From: Eledone cirrhosa
Lineage: Eukaryota
Length of the DNA: 64,000 bases
Direction: 5' to 3'
Assembly: GCA_964016885.1 (NCBI GenBank)
Contig: OZ024746.1
Location: forward strand, 63,488,001-63,552,000
Shown: positions 25,401 to 39,100 of the stretch, piece after piece
Numbering within the stretch: the first letter of the stretch is position 1
How the letters are laid out: every line of letters begins with the position of its first letter
Program-made: the position numbers and the translations under genes
The notes under the pieces: model-generated
The model's input: only the letters and a program-made list of their open reading frames with translations
The model's database searches: none
Told to the model about the DNA's origin: nothing

Positions 25401-28400
25401 ATCAGGGAAGCTTAACAAGGAGATTTCTCTATAATTAGAGCAATCTCCCTTGTCTACCGTTTTGAAAATTAGGATTATCTTTCCTGGTTGTATTGCTTTC
25501 GTGCCTTTCCAGAGATCCAGGTCACCAGGTCCAGTCAGCCAGAGCATAGCTTTTCTAAGGCTTTTAACCTTTCAGGCTAAATTTCATCATCTTCAGAGGC
25601 CTTGCCACATTTGAGTGCTTTAATTGCTCTGGTGACCTCAGTCTCTATGAGGTTCATTTTCACCCATAAATGCACATCAGATGTTATTATGTCTTGATTT
25701 CGGAGATCAGCAAAGTGTTCTCTCCACCTTGCAAAGATGCACCTCTCTTCAGAGAGAAGAACCTCAGATAAGTTCTTGATAGCAGGCGTGGAAGGGGACT
25801 TCTTATGATGAGTTGGTAGATGGTCTGTCAAAATATTTTATTTGCTGTTCTAAAGTTGGATTCCAGTTTAACCCTAAAGTCCTCCCATGAAACCATAAAT
25901 GCACTTACTGTCTTTGCTACAACATTTCATGCCTGCTTTTATAACGTGTTTAAGAAGGAGAACTTATTTCTAAGTTTTGTAGGCCATCTTCTTTGCTTGG
26001 ATGGCACTTTTAATCCCCTGATTCAACCAAGGGGGTTTCCATGCTACCTAGCTCCACACTGAGTCATTTTGCCCACGCTACTTAACAGCTAAAGCTATTC
26101 GGGTGTGGTGCCAGAAAGAACTGCACAGTTGTGAGTGGGGATAATCACGTTGCCTGCTGTTGGAATGTTTAGTGAAATGGATCCTATTGGGAGAGAGGAT
26201 TTTCCTCTTGAAGCTTAGACAGAATGAAAGGTCTCTGTGGATGGTGCAAGGTTGTGCACCAAACAGAGAGTCCAAATACAGATCCTTCCTTGATGAAGTC
26301 ACTGCAGTATTAGATGTAGTTATGACTGAATCATATATCCTACTGGGAGACTTCAATAAACATATTGGCACTGACCACTTGACATGGAAAGGAGTGATTG
26401 GAAGTAAGAAGTGCTGACAGATGAGGAGGTCAAGACCAGGTATGCACCCAAATTCAGAGAAATTCCTCAACAACATGAATACATTGAAACGAAATGAAGA
26501 CTGTGTCTAATTTAGAAATCAATATTTGTTCCTGCTTTCTGCATTCTAATTTCAAATCCTGATTAAGTTCACTCTGTCTTTCATCTTTACAGGATCAATA
26601 AAGAAAGTACTAGCTCAGTGCTGGTGCAACTATTTCTCCCTCTCACTGTTGGATCTTAGTTGTTCTATTAGATCATGGGTGGGATGGTTTAGGGGTATAT
26701 ATGTGGATTTATGAGTTTATGTGCATGTAAAGCTACCATATCATCTTCAATTACAAGTGATGACTGCAGCTTTAGTAATATATCTAAGTCTATGTTATCC
26801 AATAATAATTTCCTTTTTAAAGATGGTGCAGTGTAATTTGAGGGAAATTCGATTGCTATTTCTAGTAGCCTGGGTAACCATGTTATTGTAACCTTGTTTT
26901 TGTAGTGTACCAACTGCAATATCTATAAAGCAGTAGTTTGTAATTATTTATATATCTCTCTCTAGCAAACTGAAACCTTGTACTTGTGTCAGAAGTTGAT
27001 AATATTTACCTGCATTGTCAGTCTTTTCAATCGAGCATCTCGGATGACAGCATCGATATTACCAACAGCCAGACCAATCTGGAAACAGGACAAGAAAGAA
27101 ATAATATTTTTTATAAAAAGTGTATTTCATATTTACTTTCTATCTCCTCCTCTTTATGTACACACATTCATGTACATACATGTTGTAGATGTGCATGTGG
27201 ATTTGAGGTGAAGTGTATACAGAAAAAGGTTGCATTTATTTAATGGTATGAGTGTAAGGCATATATCAAGTTTCATTTTAAAAATATCAATCATCATCAT
27301 TGTCGTCATTATTTTTACTTTGATTTTTCAATGTTGGCATGGGTTGGACAGGATTTTTTGAAGCAATATTTTACAGCTGGATGCATTTCCTAACACCAAC
27401 CCTTCAGCCACTTCTTACGACATGCAGGAGTATGCTGTACCTATTTTAAACTTAATACACACATGTTTCTAACAATGTTCTAACAAAATATGTACTGTAT
27501 TGTATATACTTGAATATAAGACAAGGAATATGTGACCCAAAAAAATCAATGGTAGAAGTAGGGTTGGCTTATATTTGAGGTCAATATTTTGACGATTTTC
27601 ACCAACCTGAAATTCTATGCAAATAAGGTTTGTATTTTTGCTTATTTCCCAAACATAAAATATTGAGGTTGGCTTATATTCGAGTATATAGAATTTATAA
27701 CTGAAAGGAAGATATTTTTCTTTGCAAATATAACAATAATGAAGTAGAGCATTGTATTTACCAGCAAATTCATAAGCATGATGGGTGTAAACAACATAAA
27801 CATAGCCAACATCAGAATACTGACATTACCAAAATGTAATGTGTATGGATCATTATCTGTAAATGGTTCATTAAAATTATCCATAAACTCTGGTTCAAGA
27901 ATCATCATACCGACTCTTAAGATAGACAAGCCAGGACTACGATGAGCATGGGATTCCTAAAAAATATAAAATAAAAAAGATTAAAAAGGAAATCCAAATT
28001 CATTGCAAACATTATATAATTTCACATCATCATCAGGCGGCCTCAGCTGAAATCAACTCAACAATTGATCTCTACGTGGGTCTGTCGTTCATTGCTGTTG
28101 CCAATTCCTGGATTTCAATAGCAGAATCTCTGGAAATGACATCAGGATAGGAGAGCTTGCACCCCCTGTTATTAGTGACTGCTTGTGGTTTCCAAAGCAC
28201 TAGTGGGGACACAGCCTTAGAGGTAGCATGATGGCAGTGGCCAGAAAATCTTACTCTCCTTTTACGTACAATGACAGATATGTGTGGGAGGCTGGCATAT
28301 ATTTCTTTCAAAGTCAGATGTCGCCAACTTTATATAATTTATATAATTTAATAGGAATATATTTGCTTTGATGTAAATGTTATATTTATAAAAGTGACAC

Positions 28401-31400
28401 CTAATTGTATTGGCTTCAGCCAGTCTTACCTCTTTTGCCATGATAACATAGAAACCCATGCCAAAGGCAATAAAAAGGATGCTGTAGATACATATCGCTT
28501 GAATCAACGTTCTCAGTACTTCAAGACACATGACAACATGAAGACCAAAGATCTCAATCCTAAAACAAAAGAGAAAAATAAAAAGTTATCATCATCATCA
28601 TCGGCATCATCGCTGTCATTGTTGTCATCATCATTGTCATTGTCATCATTCTTATCATCGACACTTTTATGATCATCAACAACACCACCTCCATCTCACT
28701 TTTGGCCCTCTGTACCCCTTCCCCAGGATGTAATGACCCTTTTGAGTCCTTGAGTTTGAGACCCCTCCTCTAATGACTGCCAATTCACTCTACTTTATGT
28801 AAGAGCTATAAAGTGGTGTTAAGTTCCTGACATGATCAATTTCTAGATGAGCTATATAACAATATTAACTGTTTGTACCTGTATGTTAGCTATATAACAT
28901 TGGTGGATTGACAGTATCGGTAGAGGGTCGGACGCCATGCTTTGCAGAGTTACGGCCCTTTACGATCTGAGTTCAAATCCCGCCGAGGTTAACTTTGCCT
29001 TTCATCCTTATGGGGTCGATAAAATAAAGTACCAGTCACGCACTGGGGTCGATTTAATCGACTTTCCCCTCCCCCCAAATTACTGGCCTTGTGCCTATAT
29101 AAGAAACCATTATTAACTGTTTGTACCTGTATGTTAACTATATAACATTATTAACTGTTTGTACCTGTATGCTAACTATATAACATTATTAACTGTTTGT
29201 ACCTGTATGCTAACTATATAACATTATTAACTGTTTGTACCTGTATGCTAACTATATAACATTATTAACTGTTTGTACCTGTATGCTAACTATATAACAT
29301 TATTAACTGTTTGTACCTGTATGCTAACTATATAACATTATTAACTGTTTGTACCTGTATGCTAACTATATAACATTATTAACTGTTTGTACCTGTATGC
29401 TAGCTGTATAACGTTATTAACTGTTTGTATCCTGTATGCTAGCTGTATAACATTATTAACTGTTTGTACCTGTATGTTAGCACACACACGCACACACATA
29501 CACAATATATATAGAAAAAGAGAAGCTCATCAAAGAAAAACTCATTAAGAGGTGAAAAAACACTTTACCTTTGCAAGAATACCAGTAAATTGAACCAAGC
29601 AAAGAAAATGGCCAAAGCTCCAGCTTCCCACTGGAAATGAAGTGACAACCGAAATAAAAATGGTAGAATAAACACACAGGTGGAAGTGTAGAGTATCCAT
29701 TCCAAAATGTTTATTGGTTCCCGGAAATATCTTTTTCCCTATACAAGAAAACAACAATAAAAAAGACAATAAGACAAATAAAAAAAAAAACTCTAATCAA
29801 AATATGTTTCTCATTATTGAGCCCCAGGTCAGTCCTGATTAAGTAGGCCACTGGTCAAAAGTCTTCTAGCTATGATCACAACATTTCTTCTTGTGTATCA
29901 ATGCTGGTGGACCCTGAAAGTTGATAATCTCTCTCTCTCCCTCTTTACTCCTTATGTTCATAGATAACTTACTTTTGGGGGGAATCTATACTTAGTCACT
30001 TAAACTGCTAGAAATAGAAGCCAAATCTTCCTCAAATCATATCCCTCTATCTTAAAAGAAAGGACACCTTGGACAATGTAGTAATTAATTTACAAACATA
30101 TGAGATAATCATGGTTGGAAAGCCTTTGAATGTAGTTTGGCTCAATCAGAGCGGACCTGGGACTGAACAGCTAAACTTAAAATAAGAAATTCAATCTAAT
30201 TTGCTTCTCACAATAGAATTTATCTGTACAACAGATATGTAAATATTTGAGCAGAGAAGCGATATGGAATATTACTCACCTGTTGTATGATTTGTACAAT
30301 TTCTTTCAGTAAATTTATGATACAGAAAATTGTTATCAACCATATTGTGATGCTGTGAAAAATGGACAGCTGCAATGGATATATAGAAAGAAGAATGATA
30401 ACGTCCTTTCCCTCCTTTTCATCTTATTTATAGTCTTTTGTAATGTTACTTTCTTTTTCTTTATGCTTGACTAAATATTAAATTTATTATTTTTATGTAA
30501 TTGAAAATTTGGATTTTTCTAATAAAATTTATATATATATCTTCATACATGTATGTAGTTTTCATTGAAGCTAAATCTAGTTCTGTTTCAATTCTTTGCC
30601 AAATATTTCAATAAAAAACATCCACATTTGTTTCATGTAATTAATTCAAATAAGAATAAATACATAAGTTGCTGAGTTAAAATAATTAAAAAGGAATAAA
30701 AGGAAAGAAAGGAAATTACCTCAAAAGTTTGCATAGCTTTAAAACTGCAAGCATCAATTTCTTCTTTTGTTTTTTCATCAGCTTTAGAAATTGTTGGGAC
30801 TTTTGTTTTATTTAGAGCATAACTAATAAAGAGTTCATGAGACAAGAAAGCAATTAGAAATGTTATTAATTAAGAATATTTTTTGCAAATAAATTCTGTA
30901 AACTAATAAATGTATATATATATATATATTTATATAATAAATTCTGTAAACTAATAAATGTATATATATATATATATATATACAGTTGTCCGCTGGTATT
31001 CACAGGGGTTACGGTTACATTCCTAGAGCACTTGTGAAGAGTGGAAAACCCGCGATATTAGACGTGGTCCATAAAAATGCCTATAAATGTCAAAACATAA
31101 CATAAAATATAGGCTGGCAAATACGGTATATTGTTATTAATAATTTAGTGTTAAAAAGTGTGAAAAATTATATATTGCCACAAAAAAAAAACCATAAAAG
31201 AATCATGGAATATATTTACGATTCTGCGAATATGCAGAGGTTTCCATAAACAATTATTAGTTAGATGTCTAAGGAAAATTCTGTGAATAACCAGGACCGT
31301 GAATACTGGAACTCTTAATATACCACATGAAACTGCATTATTAGTTACACATTCTTGAAAAGTATAAAACAACATCATGACTGCATGACATTAAAAATTA

Positions 31401-32434
31401 AAGTATTTACTTCAGTTTACTGCAAATTTTCACAACAATCTTTTCCCTAGTATGTTACTATAACCATGATGATTATATTTATATATCATATAAAATATAT
31501 TGATAAAATAAAGTACCAGTAGTGCACTGGGTAATTGCTGGCCTTGTGCCAAAAGTAGAAACAATTATATTATTTGTTTATGTTCATACATGGAACAAAG
31601 ATGCGTTAACTCATTTAACCCTTTAGTATTCATAGGCACAAGGCCAGCAATTACCCAGTGCATTACTGGTACTTTATTTTATCGACCCCGTAAGGATGAA
31701 AGGCAAAGTCAATCCCGCCGAGGTTGACTTTGCCTTTCATCCTTACGGGGTCGATAAAATAAAGTACCAGTAATGCACTGGGTAATTGCTGGCCTTGTGC
31801 CTCAAGTAGAAACAAGTATTCATATTACTCTATATATACTATTATATTTTCATGGTAAAGGCTGTACCTCGCATAATTATCTCACATAATATAGAATATA
31901 TAAGATTTTGAAAGTATTTATTTTGAGAACAATACCTTAACATCAGTTTCAGTGACCAGTTACAGCCAGTTTCAACAGAAGGAGGTAGAGAATTCTGGCC
32001 GGTTTTGGCTGGTTTGAACATTAAAGGGTTAAGTGCCTGAAAAAAAAAGGTCACTAATTTGATTCCTCTTGTATTTCGGAGGTATGGTCAAATTTGGGCC
32101 TTGAAACCTTGAGTAACATCTTTGTTCTGTGTATGAACATAAATAGATAATATAATAATATTTCTGCTCTCTTCCTGACTGAGCACTGTTTTCCTTTTAC
32201 CTATGGTAAAAAGGCTCCCAGTCCACCAGTCCACACTGTAAATGTGGTTGGCGTTAGGAAGGGCATCCAGCTGTAGAAAACCTGCCAGAAACAGTTCTAT
32301 AGAAGTGAGACATGGTCACCCGACCAATCTTGCCTCAAGTGGGGCAAAACTGTCCAACCCATGCTAGTGTGGAAGATGAACATTAAATGATGATGATGAT
32401 GACGATGTTGATGATATATATGTATATATATGTA

Positions 32435-32475
<41 letters not shown>

Positions 32476-32578
32476 TCTTATAGCTTGCTCAGATTGATTT
32501 TGTATATGGTTAATTAGGCTAATTAGAAGAAGAAATAGTATATATTTTAATATCTGATGATTCTAAAGGCATGATTTA

Positions 32579-32623
<45 letters not shown>

Positions 32624-34172
32624 ATTTGTGTATATATATATATATTGTATTTGTGTATTAGAGGAGTGGTAAGAGAGGAGAAAAATGAACAACTCATGGG
32701 AATGCGTGTGTATATGTAAGTATAAAAATGTGTGTGTGTGTCTATAATTAAAAGTAGGTGTGTAAATATATAAATGTGTGTTTATGCCATATTATGCTTT
32801 ATTGCCATGATGCTAAATATTAATTGCTCATAAAATGATAATTTCAATTGTAGTTTTTAAGGTGAGCAGGTGTAAATATATAAGGTGACCAGGTGTAAAT
32901 ATATAAAGTCAGTAGGTGTGAATATATAACATAATTATTACAACCTATTTAGAGATGACAATATAAGATACTAATTGGATACTAAGGAGATGGTAATGAT
33001 TTGGATACTGTTTCCTACATTATATTGTATCCTACAGCCGTGACTCATTGCTCTCGATAGTCAAGTCAACTGCATATAATACTTTTGGCGCAAGGCCAGC
33101 AATTATCCCAGTGTATTACTGGTACTTTATTTTATCGACCCCGTAAGGATGAAGGGCAAAGTTAACTTCGGCGGGATTTGAACTCTGAACATAAAGGGCT
33201 GTAACTCTTTGCTGCAAAGCATGGATTCCGGCCCTCTACCGATACTGCCAATCCACCGCCCTTCTTATTATACTACATATAATATAATAATTGTTTCTAC
33301 TTTTGGCACAAGGCCATCAATTACCCAGTACATTACTGGTACTTTATTTTATCGACCCCGTAAGGATGAAGGGCAAAGTTAACTTCGGCGAGATTTGAAC
33401 TCTGAACATAAAGGGCTGTAACTCTTTGCTGCAAAGCATGGATTCCGGCCCTCTACCGATACTGCCAATCCACCGCCCTTCTTATTATACTACATATAAT
33501 ATAATAATTGTTTCTACTTTTGGCACAAGGCCATCAATTACCCAGTACATTACTGGTACTTTATTTTATCGACCCCGTAAGGATGAAAGGCAAAATTAAC
33601 CTCGGCGGGATTTGAACTCAGACCGCAGTAACTATGCTGGAAAGCATGGCGTCCGACCCTCTACCGATACTGCCAATCCAATAATTACTTATACACTAAC
33701 ATGACCAAGAAGCTAGGTTGTACCTGTAATAAACCTAATTCTTAGATATGGATGAGTATGTTCAACCATGTGTGCGACACTGGGAACAGTAATGTGAGCA
33801 AGGATGACTAACCTGGACAGATCGGACGAAGAGTCAGTGATTGATGTTCAAATGGACCTCCAAAGCACACAATCACAAATAATAAGTGAAATCCAGTTTA
33901 TTAATACCAGAGAATACAGATATTAAAAGGATTCTGATGAAAAAAAACCCCACTGTTTATTGAAATGATTGGTATCCTGTGGATATTAACTAATATTGTT
34001 TTCTACTTTTGGCACAAGGCCAGCAATTATCCCAGTGCATTACTCGTGCTTTATTTTATCGACCATGTACGGATGAAAGGCAAACTTAACCTCGGCGGGA
34101 TTTGAACTCAGAACGTAAAAGACCATAACTCTATGCAGCAAAGCATGGTGTCTGACGTTCTACCGATACTGC

Positions 34173-34203
<31 letters not shown>

Positions 34204-34907
34204 GATTAACATCCATCTTCCATGCTGGCATGGGTTAGACGGGTCTCATTTAGAGGCAAGTTGTATCAGGTGACCGTGTCTTGCTCATATTGGGGTGTTT
34301 CTGGCTTGTTTTCTATGGCTGGATGCCCTTCCTAATGCCAACCACATTGACAGTGTAGGCCGGGTGCTTTTTGCCGCGTCTTTTACACGTCCACTTTACA
34401 GTGTGGGCTGGGTGCTTTTAACTAATATTAAAAGTAATAACTGTTTGATACCTGCAGTCTGGATCATAATGCATCATTGAATCATGGGTGGTCACAAAAT
34501 TGGTTAGAAGTCCAAGAAAGACTATGTACAGCAGAAGGTTGAAGATATAAATCCAACGGCCATATGCATTCCTAAAATATACATTAAAAGAAAATGAAAA
34601 ATGAATATTAGATTATTATTATTATTAATCCACCCTGTAAGGTGGTCGTGCTGGTGCCATGGCAAAAAAGCACCCAGTCCACCCTGAAATGGTGGATGCA
34701 CTGGTGCCATGGCAAAAAAGCACCCAGTCCACCCTGTAATGGTGGATGCACTGGTGCCATGGCAAAAAAGCTCTCAGTTCACCCTGTAATGGTGGATGCA
34801 CTGGTGCCATGGCAAAAAAGCACCCAGTCCACCCTGTAATGGTGGTTGTGCTGGTACTACAACAAAAAAGCACCCAGTCCACAAAAAATTAGAATATACA
34901 ACCCCCC

Positions 34908-34938
<31 letters not shown>

Positions 34939-36049
34939 ATTTTACATATCAAAGTTGTTAGCTTGACACAAGCAATTGGAATTGAAAAGTTATACATACA
35001 GGTATTAAATTCAAAACTTCTAACAATCCTAAAGCGAACAAGCCTAGCTGAGAGCACAAATAAATTACTATGGCCCTGAGCTAGATGTGGTCATCTGACT
35101 TGGCTAGATTTGTAACATAACAACTTGTCTAACCCATGCAAGCATAAATGATGGACATGTGATGAAGATGGTGATGATGATGAGGATGATAATGTAAAAT
35201 GGATTGTGGATGAGACTACTATCATTAAAACTTCCAGTTTAGATAAAGTGCAAAGGTTCAGATAAAAATATACCATACCCTTGTTTTCTCAAGTACCGTA
35301 TATACTTGAATATAAGCTTACCTCTACTTTATATCTGAGAAATCGTCAAAAATCTTTTGGTCACATATTCCTCAACTTATATTTGAGTATCTAAAGTCTG
35401 TTTCATGGCATGAAACGACTGAGATTACAAGACTCGCTCCTGGAAAGGACGCCAGTCCATTGCAGGGTTTAACCCCCAGCTGTTGCTGGTACTCATTTTC
35501 AGCTGAGTATACTGGAGCAACGTGAAATGAAGTGTTTTCCTCAAGAACACAACAAACAACCCAGGAATTGAACCCACGACATTATGATTGTAAGCCCAAC
35601 ACCCTTACCACTAGGCCACGTGCCTCCACTATATTTGAATATATACAGTAAATATTTACCATTTCATTTTGAGATAGTTTTCACAAACAGGGTGTGAAAG
35701 TAAATCTTCTCTGCCAAGTTTTGCCATCATCTGTTGGAAGATAGAAAGAATTGTGATAAGTTATTTATTATTTGTTGCTTTTAGTAAATATAATTTTAAT
35801 AGTTTTATCTAGTCTTAATTTTTTAGAATGCATTATATTTGTTAACAAACTGGTCCTTCGGTTTTTGGTCTATCTGTTAATATAAACTTGGCATATCATT
35901 TTTCTTATCATTTTTCAAATATATTTTCAAATATATTTCTTATCATTTTTCAAATATATGTTATTTACAAAGGATATTCTTCATTTTCTACTTATATTTA
36001 TGTATGTATGTATGTATGTATGTATGTATGTATGTATGTATGTATGTGT

Positions 36050-36138
<89 letters not shown>

Positions 36139-39100
36139 TGTCAAAAATGTAACTGAAATTTACGTCTCAGTCTGAAGTTACAGCATGTTATAGAATAACT
36201 GAGGGAGAATGACATAATATGGGAGATGGAAGACATAATCAACAGACTGAGTGTGAAGGAGGGGCTGATGAAGAAGAACAGCAAAAACAGGAGGAGGAGA
36301 AGGAGAAGGCAAAGAAGGCAAAGGCAAAGAAGAAGAAGGCAAAGAAGAAGAAGAAGAAGAAGAAGAAGAAGAAGGCAAAGAAGGCAAAGAAGAAGAAGAA
36401 GAAGGCAAAGAAGAAGAAGGAAAAGAAGAAGGCAAAGAAGAAGAAGAAGAAGGCAAAGAAGAAGAAGAAGGCAAAGAAGAAGAAGGCAAAGAAGAAGAAG
36501 GCAAAGAAGAAGAAGGCAAAGAAGAAGAAGGCAAAGAAGAAGAAGGCAAACAAGAAGAAGAAGAAGGCAAAGAAGAAGAAGGCAAAGAAGAAGGCAAAGA
36601 AGAAGAAGAAGAAGAAGAAGAAGAAGAAGAAGAAGAAGAAGAAGAAGAAGAAGGCAAAGAAGAAGAAGAAGGCAAAGAAGAAGAAGGCAAAGAAGAAGAA
36701 GAAGAAGAAGAAGAAGGCAAAGAAGAAGAAGAAGAAGAAGAAGAAGAAGAAGAAGAAGAAGGCAAAGAAGAAGAAGAAGAAGAAGAAGAAGAAGAAGAAG
36801 AAGAAGAAGAAGAAGAAGAAGAAGAAGGCAAAGAAGAAGAAGAAGAAGAAGGCAAAGAAGAAGAAGGCAAAGAAGAAGGCAAAGAAGAAGAAGAAGAAGA
36901 AGAAGGCAGAGAAGAAGGCAAAGAAGAAGAAGGAGAAGAAGAAGAAGGTGAGACCTACAAAATAGCAATATTTACTTACAGCAAGACAGGATAGAGGTCC
37001 AAATGTTTCTTTCTGGGCTGGTTTTTTCTTGTGGTACATAGCTGGGTATTGCATGTGTTTGAAGTTAAACTCAATCTTGAAATATTAACAGGTAAAACAA
37101 TGGTTTCTGATTTAGGCACAAGGCCAACAATTTTTGGGAAGAGGAAGGTCGATTAACCCTTTAGCATTTAAACTGGCCATATCCGGCCAGAATTCTCTCA
37201 CCTCTTTCTGTTCAAACCGGCTGAAACTGGCTTCTCATACTGATATTAAGGTATTGTTCTCAAAATAAATAATATCAAAATCTCATAGATTCGATATTAT
37301 GTGAGATAATTATGTGAGATAAAGCTTTTCCCATGAAAATACAATAGTATATATAGAGTAATACAAGTGCTAAAGGGCTAAATTGATCCCAGTGCAATAC
37401 AGGTAGTTTATTTTATCAACCCCATAAGGATGAAAGGCAAACCTAACCTCAGCAGGATTTATACTCAGTATGTAAAGGGCAATAACTATATGCTGCAAAG
37501 TATGTTGCCTAACACTCTACCAATACTGTCAATCCACTGCCCTATTAACAAGTAAAATAATTGTTTCTACTTTTGGCACAAGGCCAGCAATTATCTCAGT
37601 GCATTACTGGTACTTTATTTTATTGAGCCTGTAAGGATGAAAGGCAAAGTTGACAAGTAAAATAATAATAAGAATAATATTTATTTCTAAATTTGGCACA
37701 TAGATAGAAATTATAAAGGAGGGTACAGTAAATTTACAGGCATGAGTTGTTAGAATATTGAAAAGAATGCTTTGTAGTATTCCTTCCACATCTCTGCTCT
37801 CTGAGTTCAAATCCCACCGAGGTCAACTTTACCTTTCATCCTTTGGAGGTCAATAAATAAAGTGCCAGTCCAGTACTGGGGTCGATTGTTCTGTTATATC
37901 TCTATCTCACTTCCTTTATATCACTTTCTTTTCTCATATGGAAGAAATCAGCCGTGCTCAAACCTGGTAAGGAGATGGGCCCCACCAGCTTAAAAATGCC
38001 CAAGATATGCCATATGTCACTACAGCACCCTTAAAACTCCACCAAGAGTTACAGGCTCGTACATACATACAGTTAATTCATTCAACCCCAGTATATTACT
38101 AGTACTAAATGATTCAATACATCAAGTTAAACTTTATCAATCAACTAGCAGTGGTACCCGGTGTTGCACGGGATAATGTATTTCGGAACGCGGGCCGCCA
38201 ACAGACCTAATCGTGGAAAAACTGCATGCCTGGACAATATGTAAAGAAAATCAACCGAATACTCTGATGGCTGGATAATCTTTAAGATTTTCCTCGATGA
38301 AGCAGGAAAAATGCAGGTTTTCACCCAATGAAGGCCCTAGGGGATCAAGAAAATGAATTTTTTTATGTGCATAATATGCCTTGAAATTTTGAGAGCCCTA
38401 AAAAGCTGAAAAAATGAAGTTTTTCACCTAATGCAAGCCCTAGGCCATAAAAAAGTTGGATTTTCTTTGCTCACGATATGAAGAAGAGACTGACTAATAC
38501 ATAGTTACAATTTCAAGGAAATCGGTCTGACGTAATGCCTCAAAAACCCCCTAAAAAGCTGAAAACACGTAGTTTTTCACCTAATGCAGGCCCTAGGGGA
38601 TCAAAAAGTTGAATTTTTTAATGTGCATGACATTCCCTGATACATAAGTAATACACATGTAAAGTCTAAAAAAGATCGGTTGGGTACTTCTTGAGTTTTA
38701 GGGATTCAAACTCACACACACACACACACACACATCCTTAGTTTTATATATATAGACTAGCAGAAAACCACTCGGGGGGCGGTTTTCTGCTAGTCTATAT
38801 ATCTAAAACAGAGAATGTCTGTCTGTCAGCTCACTAAAACTTGAGAACCACCCAACCGATTGTTTTCAAACTTTAGACATGTAATACTTATGGTCCTGTG
38901 AGTGTTTTGAGCAAAAATTATTTAAAATTTTCAATGCCCTAGGGACCGCATTAGGCGATTTAGCGTTCTCTCTATATAATTCTTAGTCTTTCTTTTTAGA
39001 TAGATACATAGATATAACGTTGCGCCCTTATAATATCTGTCTGTATGTCTGGCTGTCTGCATTACGTCATTATGACGCGCTCAGCGCGATTCCCTCGGCC

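Noticed and set aside
33928-33978. CUGAUGA...GAAA hammerhead candidate
   Set aside because: Helices II and III do not pair and helix I is out of register.
34902-34924. Poly-C runs (also 17528-17543) as G-quadruplex elements
   Set aside because: Simple homopolymers with no supporting context, and their length is unreliable in assemblies.
36141-37054. Protamine-like poly-Arg and histone-H1-like poly-Lys ORFs
   Set aside because: All frames are open only because of the GAA microsatellite. There is no Ser/Tyr pattern or precursor segment as in cephalopod protamines. Only 36980-37075 is coding (TRPA1).
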